DNA of 64,000 nucleotides from the NCBI GenBank assembly GCA_044226015.1, contig JBGAHS010000001.1, positions 320,001 to 384,000 of the forward strand, written 5' to 3'. The notes beneath the pieces were generated by a model. The model searched no databases. It was not told where the DNA came from and saw nothing but the letters and a program-made list of their open reading frames with translations. Within the stretch, counting starts at the first letter, position 1. The number at the start of each line of letters is the position of its first letter. This stretch comes from Candidatus Obscuribacteraceae bacterium. GTDB taxonomy: Bacteria; Cyanobacteriota; Vampirovibrionia; Obscuribacterales; Obscuribacteraceae. The position numbers were made by a program, and so were the translations under genes. Below are positions 1-9,626 of this stretch, piece by piece.

Positions 1-28
1 CTGATTTCTTATTCGACCGGCGTGCCTT

Positions 29-238
29 TTAGGGCTTGACTGGAAGAACGTGGATCGCTTTGATGAGAAGTTCCACAGTGTCACCTGGTTTGAGGTTCAA
101 TTCCTGTAGTGATTCTGTTGTAAGAACCGACGCCATCTCACACGGTCCCTTCACTTGAAACTTCACTAACGACATAATTTCGTCACTTTTGACATTGGTC
201 ACTTCTGCGTGAATCTTGTTTCTTGCTCCGTAGTTCAT
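29..238 (-). CDS. TOBE/Mop (molbindin-like) domain protein
   Basis: 69 aa with GARN at the N-terminus and SVLTTESLQELNLKPGDTVELLIKA, matching the Mop/TOBE pattern. Confidence 0.9.
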   Translation of the reverse strand: MNYGARNKIHAEVTNVKSDEIMSLVKFQVKGPCEMASVLTTESLQELNLKPGDTVELLIKAIHVLPVKP

Positions 239-276
239 TCTTATTTTTCCTGTAATAGCTGTAGTGTCGGGGATTC

Positions 277-519
277 CTAGTATTGGTCAAACTCTGCTTT
301 CGTCATTCTTGCTTGTCTGAGTATGCTGCGAACAACTGGAACAGAGAGTTCCTGATAGTGAGGAAGAATAGCCGTAATGATCTGGCCATCTTTCCTTTTT
401 ACGAATTTTGCGTGATTGCCCAGCTGTTTTATTTCGTTGAAACCAGCTGCTTCTAGCTTGAAACGCACCCGCCGAAAGCTTAGCGGTTCTTGTATTTCTG
501 CAAGTTTCAAATCACTCAT
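277..519 (-). CDS. hicA: HicA-family type II toxin (mRNA interferase)
   Basis: From the ATG at 519: LEAAGF..KQLGNHAKF..ILPHYQELSVPVVRSILRQA, the HicA pattern with its G-x-H motif; start overlaps the hicB stop (ATGAGTGA). Confidence 0.85.
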   Translation of the reverse strand: MSDLKLAEIQEPLSFRRVRFKLEAAGFNEIKQLGNHAKFVKRKDGQIITAILPHYQELSVPVVRSILRQARMTKAEFDQY

Positions 520-760
520 TTGTGTGCACCCATGAACGAATATTCGATTGTGGATGCAACAATTGTGCTTCAGTGAGATCGCCGCAATATGCAATTTGAG
601 CGCTGCTTGCCGGATTCTGAAATTGAAGCGTCAGAGACTCTTTAAGATTCTCAAATGCCTCTTCTTCATCGTTTCCCTGGCTTGCTACATCTACTTCTAT
701 GCATTGAGCAATGTACCAGCCTCTTTCAAAAAACAAGACTGCGCTCAATTGCATTTGCAT
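512..760 (-). CDS. hicB: HicB-family antitoxin (short, no obvious DNA-binding domain)
   Basis: WYIAQCIEVDVASQGNDEEEAFENLKESL fits the HicB N-terminal partial RNase H fold; translationally coupled to hicA. Confidence 0.8.
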   Translation of the reverse strand: MQMQLSAVLFFERGWYIAQCIEVDVASQGNDEEEAFENLKESLTLQFQNPASSAQIAYCGDLTEAQLLHPQSNIRSWVHTNE

Positions 761-772
761 GATTCTCTGCTT

Positions 773-1135
773 CTATTTAGCTTTTGATGCCGCTTTGAAG
801 AAATTACTGAAAAGGTCTTCATTGAAGCCCACCAGCAATTTGTCACCAACTTTTATGCTTGGTGCTCTCAGGTTGCCGGTAGGACCAACCAGAGCATCTT
901 TCAATTCCTGTTCTGAAGGACCATCTTTCAATTTTATGTGAGTGATGTTCTTTCCGCGCGCGCTGTAAATTTCGCTTACGCTTTCGGCGAGCTCAAGAGC
1001 TTCTTTAGCTCCCATGCTTTGCTTACGAGCATCAACCAGTTCACCAGATTCAATTTTGTTTCGCACAAGAAACTCTTGTGCCCGAGTGCAGGTGTTTCAA
1101 CCTTTACGATGATAGTGCCATTTGATTTGAGCCAT
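773..1135 (-). CDS. ArsC/Spx-family thioredoxin-fold selenoprotein (UxxC, Sec at codon 13)
   Basis: SD GGAGG at 1145-1149; ATG at 1135 reads MAQIKWHYHRKG-TGA-NTCTRAQEFL in frame with the 773..1066 ORF (GPTGNLRAPSIKVGDKLLVGFNE); hairpin directly downstream of the UGA. Confidence 0.88.
1063..1099 (-). promoter_or_regulatory. Putative bacterial SECIS element
   Basis: UGA at 1099-1097, a 15-nt spacer, then the perfect 8-bp stem GCACAAGA/TCTTGTGC with apical loop GUU. Confidence 0.8.
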
Positions 1136-1289
1136 TTTTATGTTCCTCCACTGAGACACATGGGCTACACAATGGAAGCATCATACGCCAAGCGGATTTG
1201 CACTACTCTAATTAAGTCTAAGATATGCTCAGGTGCATTGCTGGCAATCCAGTTATAATGCGCCTTTATTTGAATCAAAGGACCATCTT

Positions 1290-2057
1290 ATGTTACGGCT
1301 AACCAGGTTTTTGGCTATTTGTGCCAGTCTTCCACTTTGCTTGCAGCTCTCGGCGTCAGCACAGAGCGGGGTAAAAAGCGCTTCATCTTCAGCTGGCGAT
1401 GTCAATTCTAACGTAAGTGTCCAGGGAGCCTCTTCAATTCCTTTGCGTCCGGCTCCGCATGTAGCACCCGCTCAAGCATTTCCTCAGGCGCCAACTTCAA
1501 ATATCAATCAGCTTTCATCCCAGGGAATCTATTCCGAGTCACAGGGACACAAACACGGAGTTCTTGTGCGCGCACTGGGTGGCGCTGCTGCAGATGTGGG
1601 GCATGCGACTATTGGGTTGGTTTCTGCGATGGTTGCTAATCAAGGCATCGATTTGCCGCCAGATGATGCCAGTTCGCCTGAGTGGCCGTTCAACGAGCCC
1701 AATCGCAAAGCCATGTACTACATTACATGGGCTGATGGATCGACGGCGAAAATAAGTCGTCTTCCTGACGGGAGTCTGCAAATTCTTGGCTCGGGCAAGC
1801 GCTACGTAATGCAGCCCGAGGGGGAGGGCAGTTATGCAATGTTTGGTGATTTTGGAACAATGGCTTCGATGACTCCGCGCCCAGGTGGTGGTTACACAAT
1901 CGTCAAAGCTGATGGAACCACAGAACAAGTGATTCCTCGTGATGGCGGTGGTTTCGTAGTCGAAAATAAAAACGGCATAGTGGCTACTATTTTGCCAGGT
2001 GTGAACGGCTCAAGGCATATTCGTGGATCTGGCTACTCATCAGGTTTTATGCAGTAG
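1290..2057 (+). CDS. Exported hypothetical protein with Gly-rich beta-hairpin repeats
   Basis: Signal-peptide-like N-terminus (ASA-Q); C-terminal repeats P-x-x-GGG-Y/F. Confidence 0.7.
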   Translation: MLRLTRFLAICASLPLCLQLSASAQSGVKSASSSAGDVNSNVSVQGASSIPLRPAPHVAPAQAFPQAPTSNINQLSSQGIYSESQGHKHGVLVRALGGAAADVGHATIGLVSAMVANQGIDLPPDDASSPEWPFNEPNRKAMYYITWADGSTAKISRLPDGSLQILGSGKRYVMQPEGEGSYAMFGDFGTMASMTPRPGGGYTIVKADGTTEQVIPRDGGGFVVENKNGIVATILPGVNGSRHIRGSGYSSGFMQ

Positions 2058-2989
2058 TGAACACATTGTTTCGTCGCCCTTCGCGCAAGGTAGTCTTATT
2101 ACTTTTTGCATTGCTGCTCGTCATTGTGGGTGGACTGCAAGTAGCCAGGGTTGCGGCGAAAGCTAGAAAACATGAGCGGTTTCAAAATGTGCTCAAAGAT
2201 ATCAACTATGTGACTGACGGGCACGATCCGTTTCAAACGCTAGATTTGTATGTACCGAAGCATCCGATTCGAACACCGATTCCTGTGATTGTTTGGGTTC
2301 ATGGTGGAGCTTGGGTCGCTGGAGATAAGAATCACCCTCCAGCTGCTGCTATTGCTGACCGCGGGTTTGCTTGCGTCAGCATCAATTACAGGCTGAGCAA
2401 TCAGGCTCCGCACCCGGCGCAAATAAACGATTGCAAGGCTGCGATTCGTTATGTGCGCGCTCATGCGGCGGAATTTCAAATTGACCCAAGTCGAATTGCT
2501 GTATGGGGACACTCTGCTGGTGGGCACCTTTCTGCGCTTCTAGCGACAAGCGGTGATGTGAAGGAACTCGAAGGCGAAATTTTGGGCAACAAAGAGCAGT
2601 CCAGCCGCGTGCAAGCTGCCGCTGAATGGGCGGGTCCGACAGATTTGACGACCTGTGGGCAGCAGGCTCCTAAGAACTGCAAAATCGATTTTAGTTCTCC
2701 GAGCAATCCTGTGGCTGTTCTAATGGGGCCGAATCAGTCTCCCGTGGCTTATCTTGGCGCAAGTCCTGTGCAATACGTGAGTAAGGATGATCCACCTCTG
2801 CTTATTGTGCACGCTGAAGATGATGATGTTGTGCCGGTTGGACAGGCTAAAGAGCTTGACGCGCTCTACAAGAGAATTGGGCTGGCACAGCGAACCCATA
2901 TCGCAAATCATGGTGGGCACGCACTTTCTAACCCCGAATTTGTTGACGAAACCCTTCGTTTTCTCACAGATGAGTTGAGCAAGAAGTAG
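2057..2989 (+). CDS. Alpha/beta hydrolase (HSL/BD-FAE-like esterase), N-terminally anchored
   Basis: HGGAW oxyanion motif, GHSAG nucleophile elbow, D-x-x-VP and GGH; N-terminal hydrophobic helix. Confidence 0.92.
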   Translation: MNTLFRRPSRKVVLLLFALLLVIVGGLQVARVAAKARKHERFQNVLKDINYVTDGHDPFQTLDLYVPKHPIRTPIPVIVWVHGGAWVAGDKNHPPAAAIADRGFACVSINYRLSNQAPHPAQINDCKAAIRYVRAHAAEFQIDPSRIAVWGHSAGGHLSALLATSGDVKELEGEILGNKEQSSRVQAAAEWAGPTDLTTCGQQAPKNCKIDFSSPSNPVAVLMGPNQSPVAYLGASPVQYVSKDDPPLLIVHAEDDDVVPVGQAKELDALYKRIGLAQRTHIANHGGHALSNPEFVDETLRFLTDELSKK

Positions 2990-3286
2990 TTTCAAAATCT
3001 TTGCCTGCTGGAAATTTTGCTGCTTTTTCAAGCCATGAAAGCTGTGGCGCTCGCGGTTGAATGTCTGATGATGCTTTCTCTGAGAAGGTTTTGGGCTTGT
3101 GCGTTCTTGTGTTTCCTGGGCACCGAATGTAGTGTGCTTTCCCTAAACCCGCTCCCTTACAGTAAAGTCGCGAGCGCATTCCTTGACAACGCACCGCTTT
3201 TGATACTAAACTGTAATTAACCATGCCGAAAGAGCGGACTCAAAGCTTGTCCGACAGCTGGTTCCAAAATAAACAGGTAAACTAAA

Positions 3287-3487
3287 ATGAAAAAGATTGA
3301 TTTGATAGCCATGGTGCTTCTTCTAATTGGTGGCATCAATTGGGGCTTAGTAGGCGCATTCAATTACAATATCGTTGCGAATTTGCTGGGTGATGCTAGC
3401 ATGATGACCCGGGTTGTCTATGGGCTTGTTGGGCTTTGTGCGCTGTACTACGCGTATAAGTTCATGCAGAAAAAAGAAGCTGCTTAA
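3287..3487 (+). CDS. DUF378 family small membrane protein
   Basis: LLIGGINWGLVGAF...RVVYGLVGLCALY pattern. Confidence 0.9.
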   Translation: MKKIDLIAMVLLLIGGINWGLVGAFNYNIVANLLGDASMMTRVVYGLVGLCALYYAYKFMQKKEAA

Positions 3488-3614
3488 AAGCGAATTGGTT
3501 CATTTGAAATGCAGTTAGATTTGCGCAGCAAACTGAATTTGCTGAACGCCTGAATTGCGAAGGGCTTCCCTTAGAGGCTCGGATGCGTCGCGGTAATTTT
3601 TCCTGATGACTGCA

Positions 3615-3652
3615 AGCGGCCTGTCTATCTAGTACAGGCCGCTCTTTTTTTT
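3615..3652 (+). terminator. Intrinsic terminator
   Basis: AGCGGCCTGT/ACAGGCCGCT stem followed by T8. Confidence 0.75.
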
Positions 3653-3763
3653 GGGGATTGATCGCGCAATGGGCATGCCAAAAATATGCCAAAAATTTGA
3701 CCAGACTTTGCCAAGAGATAAAAGTAGTATCTCCTCATCGGGGTTTGGTTGGAGGATTTAGAG

Positions 3764-4273
3764 ATGGATTGGGAGCGTCAGTCACATTCGAACGATCAAT
3801 TTACCAGGAACGAAGGACGGCAAATTGCCAATGCCCTAGATAGTGGAAATTTGGGCTGGGCTCAGCAAATGATCAATCGCGACATGGACCTGTTTCGCGG
3901 TCAGCCCTGTGAGCAAGAGAAGTTATTGCATGCTATCGAACTTTATGATCGCAAGGGTGTCGGAGCCGATATTGAAGTTTACCGAGACAACTACAACCGA
4001 GTGAACTGGCAAGTCTCCGAAAACCGCCCCATGCCGTACAATGGGCAGTCCCCATGCGATCGTTATCAAAATTATCCCTGCCGTCCACCCCAGCCAGAAT
4101 ATCGTCCTTATTATGAAGGTCGCAACTACGGTTACCAGGGACGTGATTATGGATATCAAAGACCCGATGCCGGTTCGGCAATTGTTGAAGGGCTCGCCAT
4201 TGGTATGGGGGCAGCAATTGGCCAGCAAATTATTCGCGGTGCTTTCGGTGGTGGGCATCATCGCCACAGATAA
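3764..4273 (+). CDS. Hypothetical protein with Tyr/Gln/Arg-rich repeats and a C-terminal Gly-rich helix
   Basis: Long ORF with a GGAGG-like SD, YGYQGR repeats, and a downstream terminator. Confidence 0.7.
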   Translation: MDWERQSHSNDQFTRNEGRQIANALDSGNLGWAQQMINRDMDLFRGQPCEQEKLLHAIELYDRKGVGADIEVYRDNYNRVNWQVSENRPMPYNGQSPCDRYQNYPCRPPQPEYRPYYEGRNYGYQGRDYGYQRPDAGSAIVEGLAIGMGAAIGQQIIRGAFGGGHHRHR

Positions 4274-4323
4274 AATCAAGTTTCACTAACACATCAGCAC
4301 AGGCGAAAGCTTGTCTAATCCCC

Positions 4324-4359
4324 ACGAGCTGCGACCCCGAAACGCAGCTCGTACTTTTT
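4324..4359 (+). terminator. Intrinsic terminator
   Basis: ACGAGCTGCG/CGCAGCTCGT stem plus T tract. Confidence 0.7.
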
Positions 4360-4415
4360 GCTGTCTAAAGTCGCTCTGCTAGACTATATGTGCATCCGAC
4401 CGTTCTTGCCTCTTT

Positions 4416-5513
4416 ATGCATCACCAATTCACTGTACAAGATGATTTGAAAAACAAGGGCTGGCTTTTCAATCCTGTGATGGACTTGTTGTTTGCCTGCG
4501 GTGGGCTATTTTGGCTGCTTGTGCTAATCCATATAAGCTTGGTTTGGGCTCTTGGGCGAAAAGTCGTGGACTTTCCATTCGAGATGGCTTTACTTTTTCT
4601 TGGCAATGTTGTTTTGAGCAATGCACATATTTCCAGTACTCTTTTGCGCTTGTATGGTGACAGAGTTGTTCGAAAGCGATTGTGGTATCACTCTTACTTA
4701 ACTGCGCTGATTTTTGCTGTGCTCATGCTTGCAAGCTGCTGCAATCCTATTGTTTTCACTGTCGCGATTCTCCTCTATTTGTCCTTCCAAATAGATCACG
4801 TCAACTCTCAGAACTATGGCGTAAGCCTTTTGTATTGCTATCGTGCTGGTTTTATATTGTCTGCGCCGGAAAAGGCTATGTTTAAGGTTGTTCACCATGC
4901 ACTGGGCTGGTATGCGATTCTTCGAACTATGACTTACCCTGCCTTTATTCCTCAATCAGGATTTGGCATTGAGCTGCCAATGCTGGGACCTCTTCCAGAG
5001 CTAGTCGTGAATATTTCTGGAGCCGTTTTGCTTTGCTCACTAATTTCGTTTTTTGTGTTGCTAATCAAACGAAGTAAAAACTCTGAAATCAGTATGCCTT
5101 TGCCGGCTGCGGTACTCTTTCTGACGAATCTCTTGATGTTTACAGCGCCAATTGGGTTTGCTCAAGTGTTTTATCTGTTTGGTTCAACATTCTTCCACTC
5201 TGTGCAGTATGTGCTTGTCTCTGCATTTTATAAACAACGAGAACAACAGCTTCTGTCCTTTGAGAAAAGTCTCCTGGGCTCGCAGCTTCGTTATTTTGTC
5301 AGCGTTACTTTAGTCAGCAGTCTCTTCATCGCTATTCTGCCGTTCGTCTTATCAAAGCTTTTCGCGCTTGCTTACGACAAAAGCTGGGTGATTGTTTTGG
5401 TTAGCGTAAGCTTGCACCATTTCCTGGCTGACCGCGAACTCTGGAAATTTAAAGACCAGCACAACCAAGCCATTCTCCTCAATGATGTTCATGAAATGGC
5501 ATCGGTGGGCTGA
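4416..5513 (+). CDS. Polytopic membrane protein with His-containing motifs
   Basis: About 9-10 hydrophobic segments; motifs NAH, DHxxxQNYG, FHSVQY, HHFLADRELWK. Confidence 0.75.
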   Translation: MHHQFTVQDDLKNKGWLFNPVMDLLFACGGLFWLLVLIHISLVWALGRKVVDFPFEMALLFLGNVVLSNAHISSTLLRLYGDRVVRKRLWYHSYLTALIFAVLMLASCCNPIVFTVAILLYLSFQIDHVNSQNYGVSLLYCYRAGFILSAPEKAMFKVVHHALGWYAILRTMTYPAFIPQSGFGIELPMLGPLPELVVNISGAVLLCSLISFFVLLIKRSKNSEISMPLPAAVLFLTNLLMFTAPIGFAQVFYLFGSTFFHSVQYVLVSAFYKQREQQLLSFEKSLLGSQLRYFVSVTLVSSLFIAILPFVLSKLFALAYDKSWVIVLVSVSLHHFLADRELWKFKDQHNQAILLNDVHEMASVG

Positions 5514-5525
5514 AAAAATGTACCT

Positions 5526-5987
5526 TTACATCGTGGGAATTACTGTGGGGCAAACTTTAGCCTTTTCCAGAATGTCCTTGTGTAATTGTTGATACTTGTC
5601 GCCGCCCTGATTCGCTGGAATACGAACACATTCTTTTTCATAGGCCTCTGCCAGTGGGCTTTGCCATGTGTCGTATGGGAAATCGTGGCTCTTCTGGCGA
5701 CGGTACCAGATTTCCATATGGTCAGCCTTCCAGACGATAAGCAGCGGAATTGGCGTTCCCTCAGCATTCTTTTCCTGAAGTGTGCTGAGCCATGACTTAT
5801 TGATTTTCACGGGCGTACCGCCTGGGTAGACTTTAGCCTCCTTGTCTGAGAGCGCAACGATGATTTCAGGTGTACAAGGTTGAACAGCAACAAGAACAGA
5901 GTCGCCTTGCTTGCACCATCCCAGATTTTTGATGAAGTCAAGAAAACTGTCGAACATTAGGCTGGGACTACTTGTGGAATCTGTCAT
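5526..5987 (-). CDS. Hypothetical protein
   Basis: 153-aa ORF filling the gap between neighbours; AGGTG SD upstream. Confidence 0.6.
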   Translation of the reverse strand: MTDSTSSPSLMFDSFLDFIKNLGWCKQGDSVLVAVQPCTPEIIVALSDKEAKVYPGGTPVKINKSWLSTLQEKNAEGTPIPLLIVWKADHMEIWYRRQKSHDFPYDTWQSPLAEAYEKECVRIPANQGGDKYQQLHKDILEKAKVCPTVIPTM

Positions 5988-6091
5988 CGCTTATCACCTG
6001 CAAACGTCTTCGTAAGCTTAGCGCTTTCCTGCTAGAATTTCCTTAATCCTCGAAGCGAAAAATTATTAGCTTTGATTTTTTTGGGAGTGTT

Positions 6092-6427
6092 ATGGACAGC
6101 GAACTTATAAATCTCGATGAGTTGAGAAGCCTGTATGGTGAAGACTCCGTTAGAGAACTGCTTGAAATGTCATTGAAGGAAGGGCGAACTCTTATTGATT
6201 CGCTGAAGACGGCAGTTCCGGCAAAGAATGCTGCAGTTGTTGCTGCTGATGCGCACCAGCTGAAGGGGATGTCAGCCACAATGACAATGAACAAGCTATC
6301 TGCAGAAGCTTACAAACTTGAGATGGTTGGCAAAAATAACTCTTTTGATGGAAGCGATGTGATGCTTGCTAACATCGTTTCTATGTTCGCTGATATAGAA
6401 CAACTTGTTACTAAGGTGCTTGCTTAG
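6092..6427 (+). CDS. Standalone Hpt phosphotransfer protein
   Basis: AHQLKGMSATM Hpt motif; 111 aa, helical. Confidence 0.9.
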   Translation: MDSELINLDELRSLYGEDSVRELLEMSLKEGRTLIDSLKTAVPAKNAAVVAADAHQLKGMSATMTMNKLSAEAYKLEMVGKNNSFDGSDVMLANIVSMFADIEQLVTKVLA

Positions 6428-6674
6428 CGAACGTTTGACTCGCCGCTTCTCAAGCAAATTAATGACACTGTATTTGGTGCCTTGTGGATTTTGATTGTCC
6501 CTGGGCTGCGAACTTCTCTCCTTTACGTATTTGCTCACTTGTTTTAGATTTCTGAAAAAATAGCAAAGACTGCAAAGGAAATGACTGATTTAAGCGACTG
6601 TCAGGGTAGAATCAATACCCAATTACATAGGACTGCTTGCAAGGTTTTTAGAGCGAGCGGCTGCGGGACAAGAA

Positions 6675-7052
6675 ATGAAGATCGACAAAATATTAATAGT
6701 CGATGACGATGGTTACATCAGGAAAATCGCGGAAATCTCCTTGCGCAAGGTTGGCAAGTGGGATGTTCACATTGCTTGTTCAGGAACAGAAGCAATAGCG
6801 CTTGCGCAAGATTGCTGTCCCGATGTAATTGTCATGGATGTAACAATGCCTGAACTTGACGGACCTGCAACATTTGCGCGGCTTCGCGAGTGTGATCAGA
6901 CGGCGAGTATTCCGGTTATTTTTCTTACAGGTCGCGTACTTAATCAGGAAATTGAAGAATATCGTAAACTAGGGGTCGCCGGAGTGATCAACAAGCCCTT
7001 TGATCCCCTCAAGCTCCCAGAAGAGATCCGCAAGCTTTTGAACGCGGATTGA
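6675..7052 (+). CDS. Single-domain response regulator (CheY-like)
   Basis: ILIVDDD, MDVTMPELDG, FLTG, KPF. Confidence 0.95.
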   Translation: MKIDKILIVDDDGYIRKIAEISLRKVGKWDVHIACSGTEAIALAQDCCPDVIVMDVTMPELDGPATFARLRECDQTASIPVIFLTGRVLNQEIEEYRKLGVAGVINKPFDPLKLPEEIRKLLNAD

Positions 7053-7084
7053 GGAGCTATCTTCAGTCCGAGGTTGCTGAATCG

Positions 7085-8341
7085 ATGAAAGTTCATATTA
7101 TTGACCCAGATTTACGGTTTCGCCGTTTGCTGCTGGGGGCACTTGAACAATTTCCTGTGGTATGTTTGCAATCAACCAACTTAAAAGAGGCGGAACTCGA
7201 GCTTCCTGTCTCGCATCCAGATTTGATAGTTATGGATGGCATTCAACCTGACGGTGATGGGGTTGAATGGTTGCGGCAGAAGCGGAAAGCAGGTCTAAAG
7301 ACAGCTGTTTTCTTTTTCAGTTCTAGCTGCCATAGTACAGAGAACTTCTGTGAGTTGGTTAATGAGCTCGGCGTGAAAGTCGTTTTGCACAAGCCTGTTA
7401 CAGCTGCGTCATTGAACAGGTTGTTTGGAGAATATTTCACGGCGAAAAAAGAGCCGGTGAAATCTGCGCCGACAGATCTTGATGAAATCGAGCGTGAAAT
7501 CAAGGCGCTTTCCATTGAGTACATCAGAGAGCTGCCCGACAGATTTGCGGTTTTGAGCAGACAAGTGGCAGATTTGAAATTGGGTCGAGGCGAGCCTTCA
7601 ACTGCGAAAAATGAAGCTCACAAGATCAAAGGTACGGCTTCGTCTTACGGTGTTCATGATATTGGGGAACAGGCTGTAATAATTGATGACTGCCTCAAGA
7701 AAGTTTGCAACGAAAGTCAGGTAAACGCAGAGTTGTGGACCAGGCTGGAAGGCGCTTTGAAAGAGGCTTCCAGGCTTGCGGATAAGGCTGTGTCTAAATG
7801 TGATGATGGCTCAGCTGCTGCTCCTGCGGTGTATGACGAGCGAACCGCTATGTCAAATATTGGACTTTCGACATCGAAGGGACAGAGTATTGTTATCGTT
7901 GATGATGATGCTGATTTCACGCGAAGAGTGGCTTTGATTCTTGGTTACGAGGACATGAATGTGTACTCGTTTAATGACGCCCGGAAGATAATAGATGTTC
8001 TTGCTCATTTGAGGCCTGACCTGCTTATTCTCGACTTGAATATGCCAGATATGGACGGTTTTGAAGTCTGCAAGAAGATACGAATTGACGGTCGTTTTAG
8101 CAAGCTACCTATTGTGTTTTTGACTGCTCAAACGGGGTGGGAAACTCGCGTCGCAGCCTTTGATGCTGGTGCTGATGATTACATTCCAAAGCCTGTCGTA
8201 AATCAGGAACTCATTGCAAGAATCAGGGTGCGCGCTGAAAAGTCACGATTGCAAGAGGAAGTTATACGCGAGACTTCAGTCAATAAGTTGCTATGGCAAG
8301 CAATGTACCTTTTGCTAATGCAGCAAAGAGTGGCGAAGTAG
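7085..8341 (+). CDS. REC-Hpt-REC phosphorelay protein
   Basis: N-terminal REC (MDGIQPDGDG, HKP), Hpt motif AHKIKGTASSYG, C-terminal REC (VDDD, LDLNMP, PKP). Confidence 0.88.
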   Translation: MKVHIIDPDLRFRRLLLGALEQFPVVCLQSTNLKEAELELPVSHPDLIVMDGIQPDGDGVEWLRQKRKAGLKTAVFFFSSSCHSTENFCELVNELGVKVVLHKPVTAASLNRLFGEYFTAKKEPVKSAPTDLDEIEREIKALSIEYIRELPDRFAVLSRQVADLKLGRGEPSTAKNEAHKIKGTASSYGVHDIGEQAVIIDDCLKKVCNESQVNAELWTRLEGALKEASRLADKAVSKCDDGSAAAPAVYDERTAMSNIGLSTSKGQSIVIVDDDADFTRRVALILGYEDMNVYSFNDARKIIDVLAHLRPDLLILDLNMPDMDGFEVCKKIRIDGRFSKLPIVFLTAQTGWETRVAAFDAGADDYIPKPVVNQELIARIRVRAEKSRLQEEVIRETSVNKLLWQAMYLLLMQQRVAK

Positions 8342-8416
8342 TTTGAATTGTCTTCTTTCCTTGCGTGATTTTGCCCTAAGATAAGATTGAGCAAAACTTG
8401 CTAAACTTGGCACGTT

Positions 8417-9625
8417 TTGAGAAATACCTCAGCAATGATCTCTTGGAAACTCCCCGGACTCTGTACTATCTCACTTGTTGCCAGTTCACTGGCGCTTGGT
8501 ATTTTGGCACCACAGGTAGTGGCTGCTGATGATAAGGTGGATTCGCTGGCGCAATCAGTTAGTCCCGCGGAGCACCCCTGGGCAGATAGTCAATCAGAGC
8601 CGGGCAGTTATTCTTCTGGCAACTTCCAGTCACCACAAGGCAACTTCCAGTCACCACAAGGCAGCTACCAGTCACCACAAGGCAGCTACCAACCTCAGGC
8701 CTACAGTGCTCCTGCAGGTGGCTACTCTTCTCCATATGGTTATGCCCCGACAGGCAATTTCAGCGCTAATTTCAACTCGCAGCAGAATGCCCCAGCCCCT
8801 TTTTATGAGCAGCCATCCGCTGGTCTTATCAGTTCGCATGCAAATGCCTCTGTATTGCCTGATGGTCTCGTGCTGCCCTGTCAGCTGGATAGTTCAATTG
8901 ACACCAACAAAGTCGAAGAAGGCGATTCGGTGCAGGTGCACATAACGCAAAATATTTCATCGAGTGGCGTGGGTTATCTTCCTGGCGGAAGTCAATTTGC
9001 TGGCACCGTAGTGAAAGCCCCTGATGAAGGGCACTTCGGTAGGTCAGGAAAATTTGGTATTGAGTTTACTCAAGTTCGATTTCCCACCGGAACTTTGATA
9101 CCGTTGCGGGCTCATCTAGTTGGGCGCATCGGCACCTATATCTACAGACCTGAAGGCAGCGCGTCAGGCAATCTAATGAACTCTGCCTGGAGAAATGGTT
9201 TGGGTTCGGGGATGGGACGCGGGCTTGGTACCATGATGAGCGTCGGTTCTGACGGCGGCTATGGACCAGGTAATGGTGCTTATGTGGGCGCTTTTATGGC
9301 TGGCACATCGCAAATTCTCAACAGCATTTTTCTGCGCCGCCACCATGATGTTTTCTTGCATCCTGGAACAAAAATGCAGTTGCAGCTTGATGGACCTCTG
9401 AATTTACCAGGTTTCAACAATCGGCAAAATCTGCCGGGAACCGGGCCGAACACAGGCATATTTTTGTGTGTAGCTGATTTGCAAGCTGCTAAATCAATAG
9501 AAGAAGGTATTGATCAACTTGCGCAAGTTCAAAAGAATGAATGGCTTAAAGCCCATAGAAAAGCAAATGAGAGGTCTTGTCTGAAGATAGGCAAGAACAG
9601 CGTTAAAGACGGAGCGCAAATTTAG
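8417..9625 (+). CDS. Exported hypothetical protein (low-complexity N-terminus; beta-rich domain with Gly-zipper segment)
   Basis: Signal-like N-terminus; LPDGLVLPCQLDSSIDT...GHFGRSG...LHPGTKMQLQLD; start codon uncertain (8417 or 8434 region). Confidence 0.7.
   Translation: MRNTSAMISWKLPGLCTISLVASSLALGILAPQVVAADDKVDSLAQSVSPAEHPWADSQSEPGSYSSGNFQSPQGNFQSPQGSYQSPQGSYQPQAYSAPAGGYSSPYGYAPTGNFSANFNSQQNAPAPFYEQPSAGLISSHANASVLPDGLVLPCQLDSSIDTNKVEEGDSVQVHITQNISSSGVGYLPGGSQFAGTVVKAPDEGHFGRSGKFGIEFTQVRFPTGTLIPLRAHLVGRIGTYIYRPEGSASGNLMNSAWRNGLGSGMGRGLGTMMSVGSDGGYGPGNGAYVGAFMAGTSQILNSIFLRRHHDVFLHPGTKMQLQLDGPLNLPGFNNRQNLPGTGPNTGIFLCVADLQAAKSIEEGIDQLAQVQKNEWLKAHRKANERSCLKIGKNSVKDGAQI
8618..8691 (+). repeat. 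In-frame 21-bp tandem repeat (about 3.5 copies; G[NS][FY]QSPQ)
   Basis: GGCAACTTCCAGTCACCACAA x2, GGCAGCTACCAGTCACCACAA, then a partial copy. Confidence 0.9.
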
Positions 9626-9626
9626 T

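Noticed and set aside
773..1066. 97-aa ORF as the complete gene, or a pseudogene call
   Set aside because: The upstream SD/ATG, the UxxC position and the hairpin favour Sec read-through from 1135.
9460..9625. Possible stop-loss extension at the C-terminus of the 8417..9625 protein
   Set aside because: The composition changes after GPNTGIF, but without homologs I cannot show that the tail is spurious.
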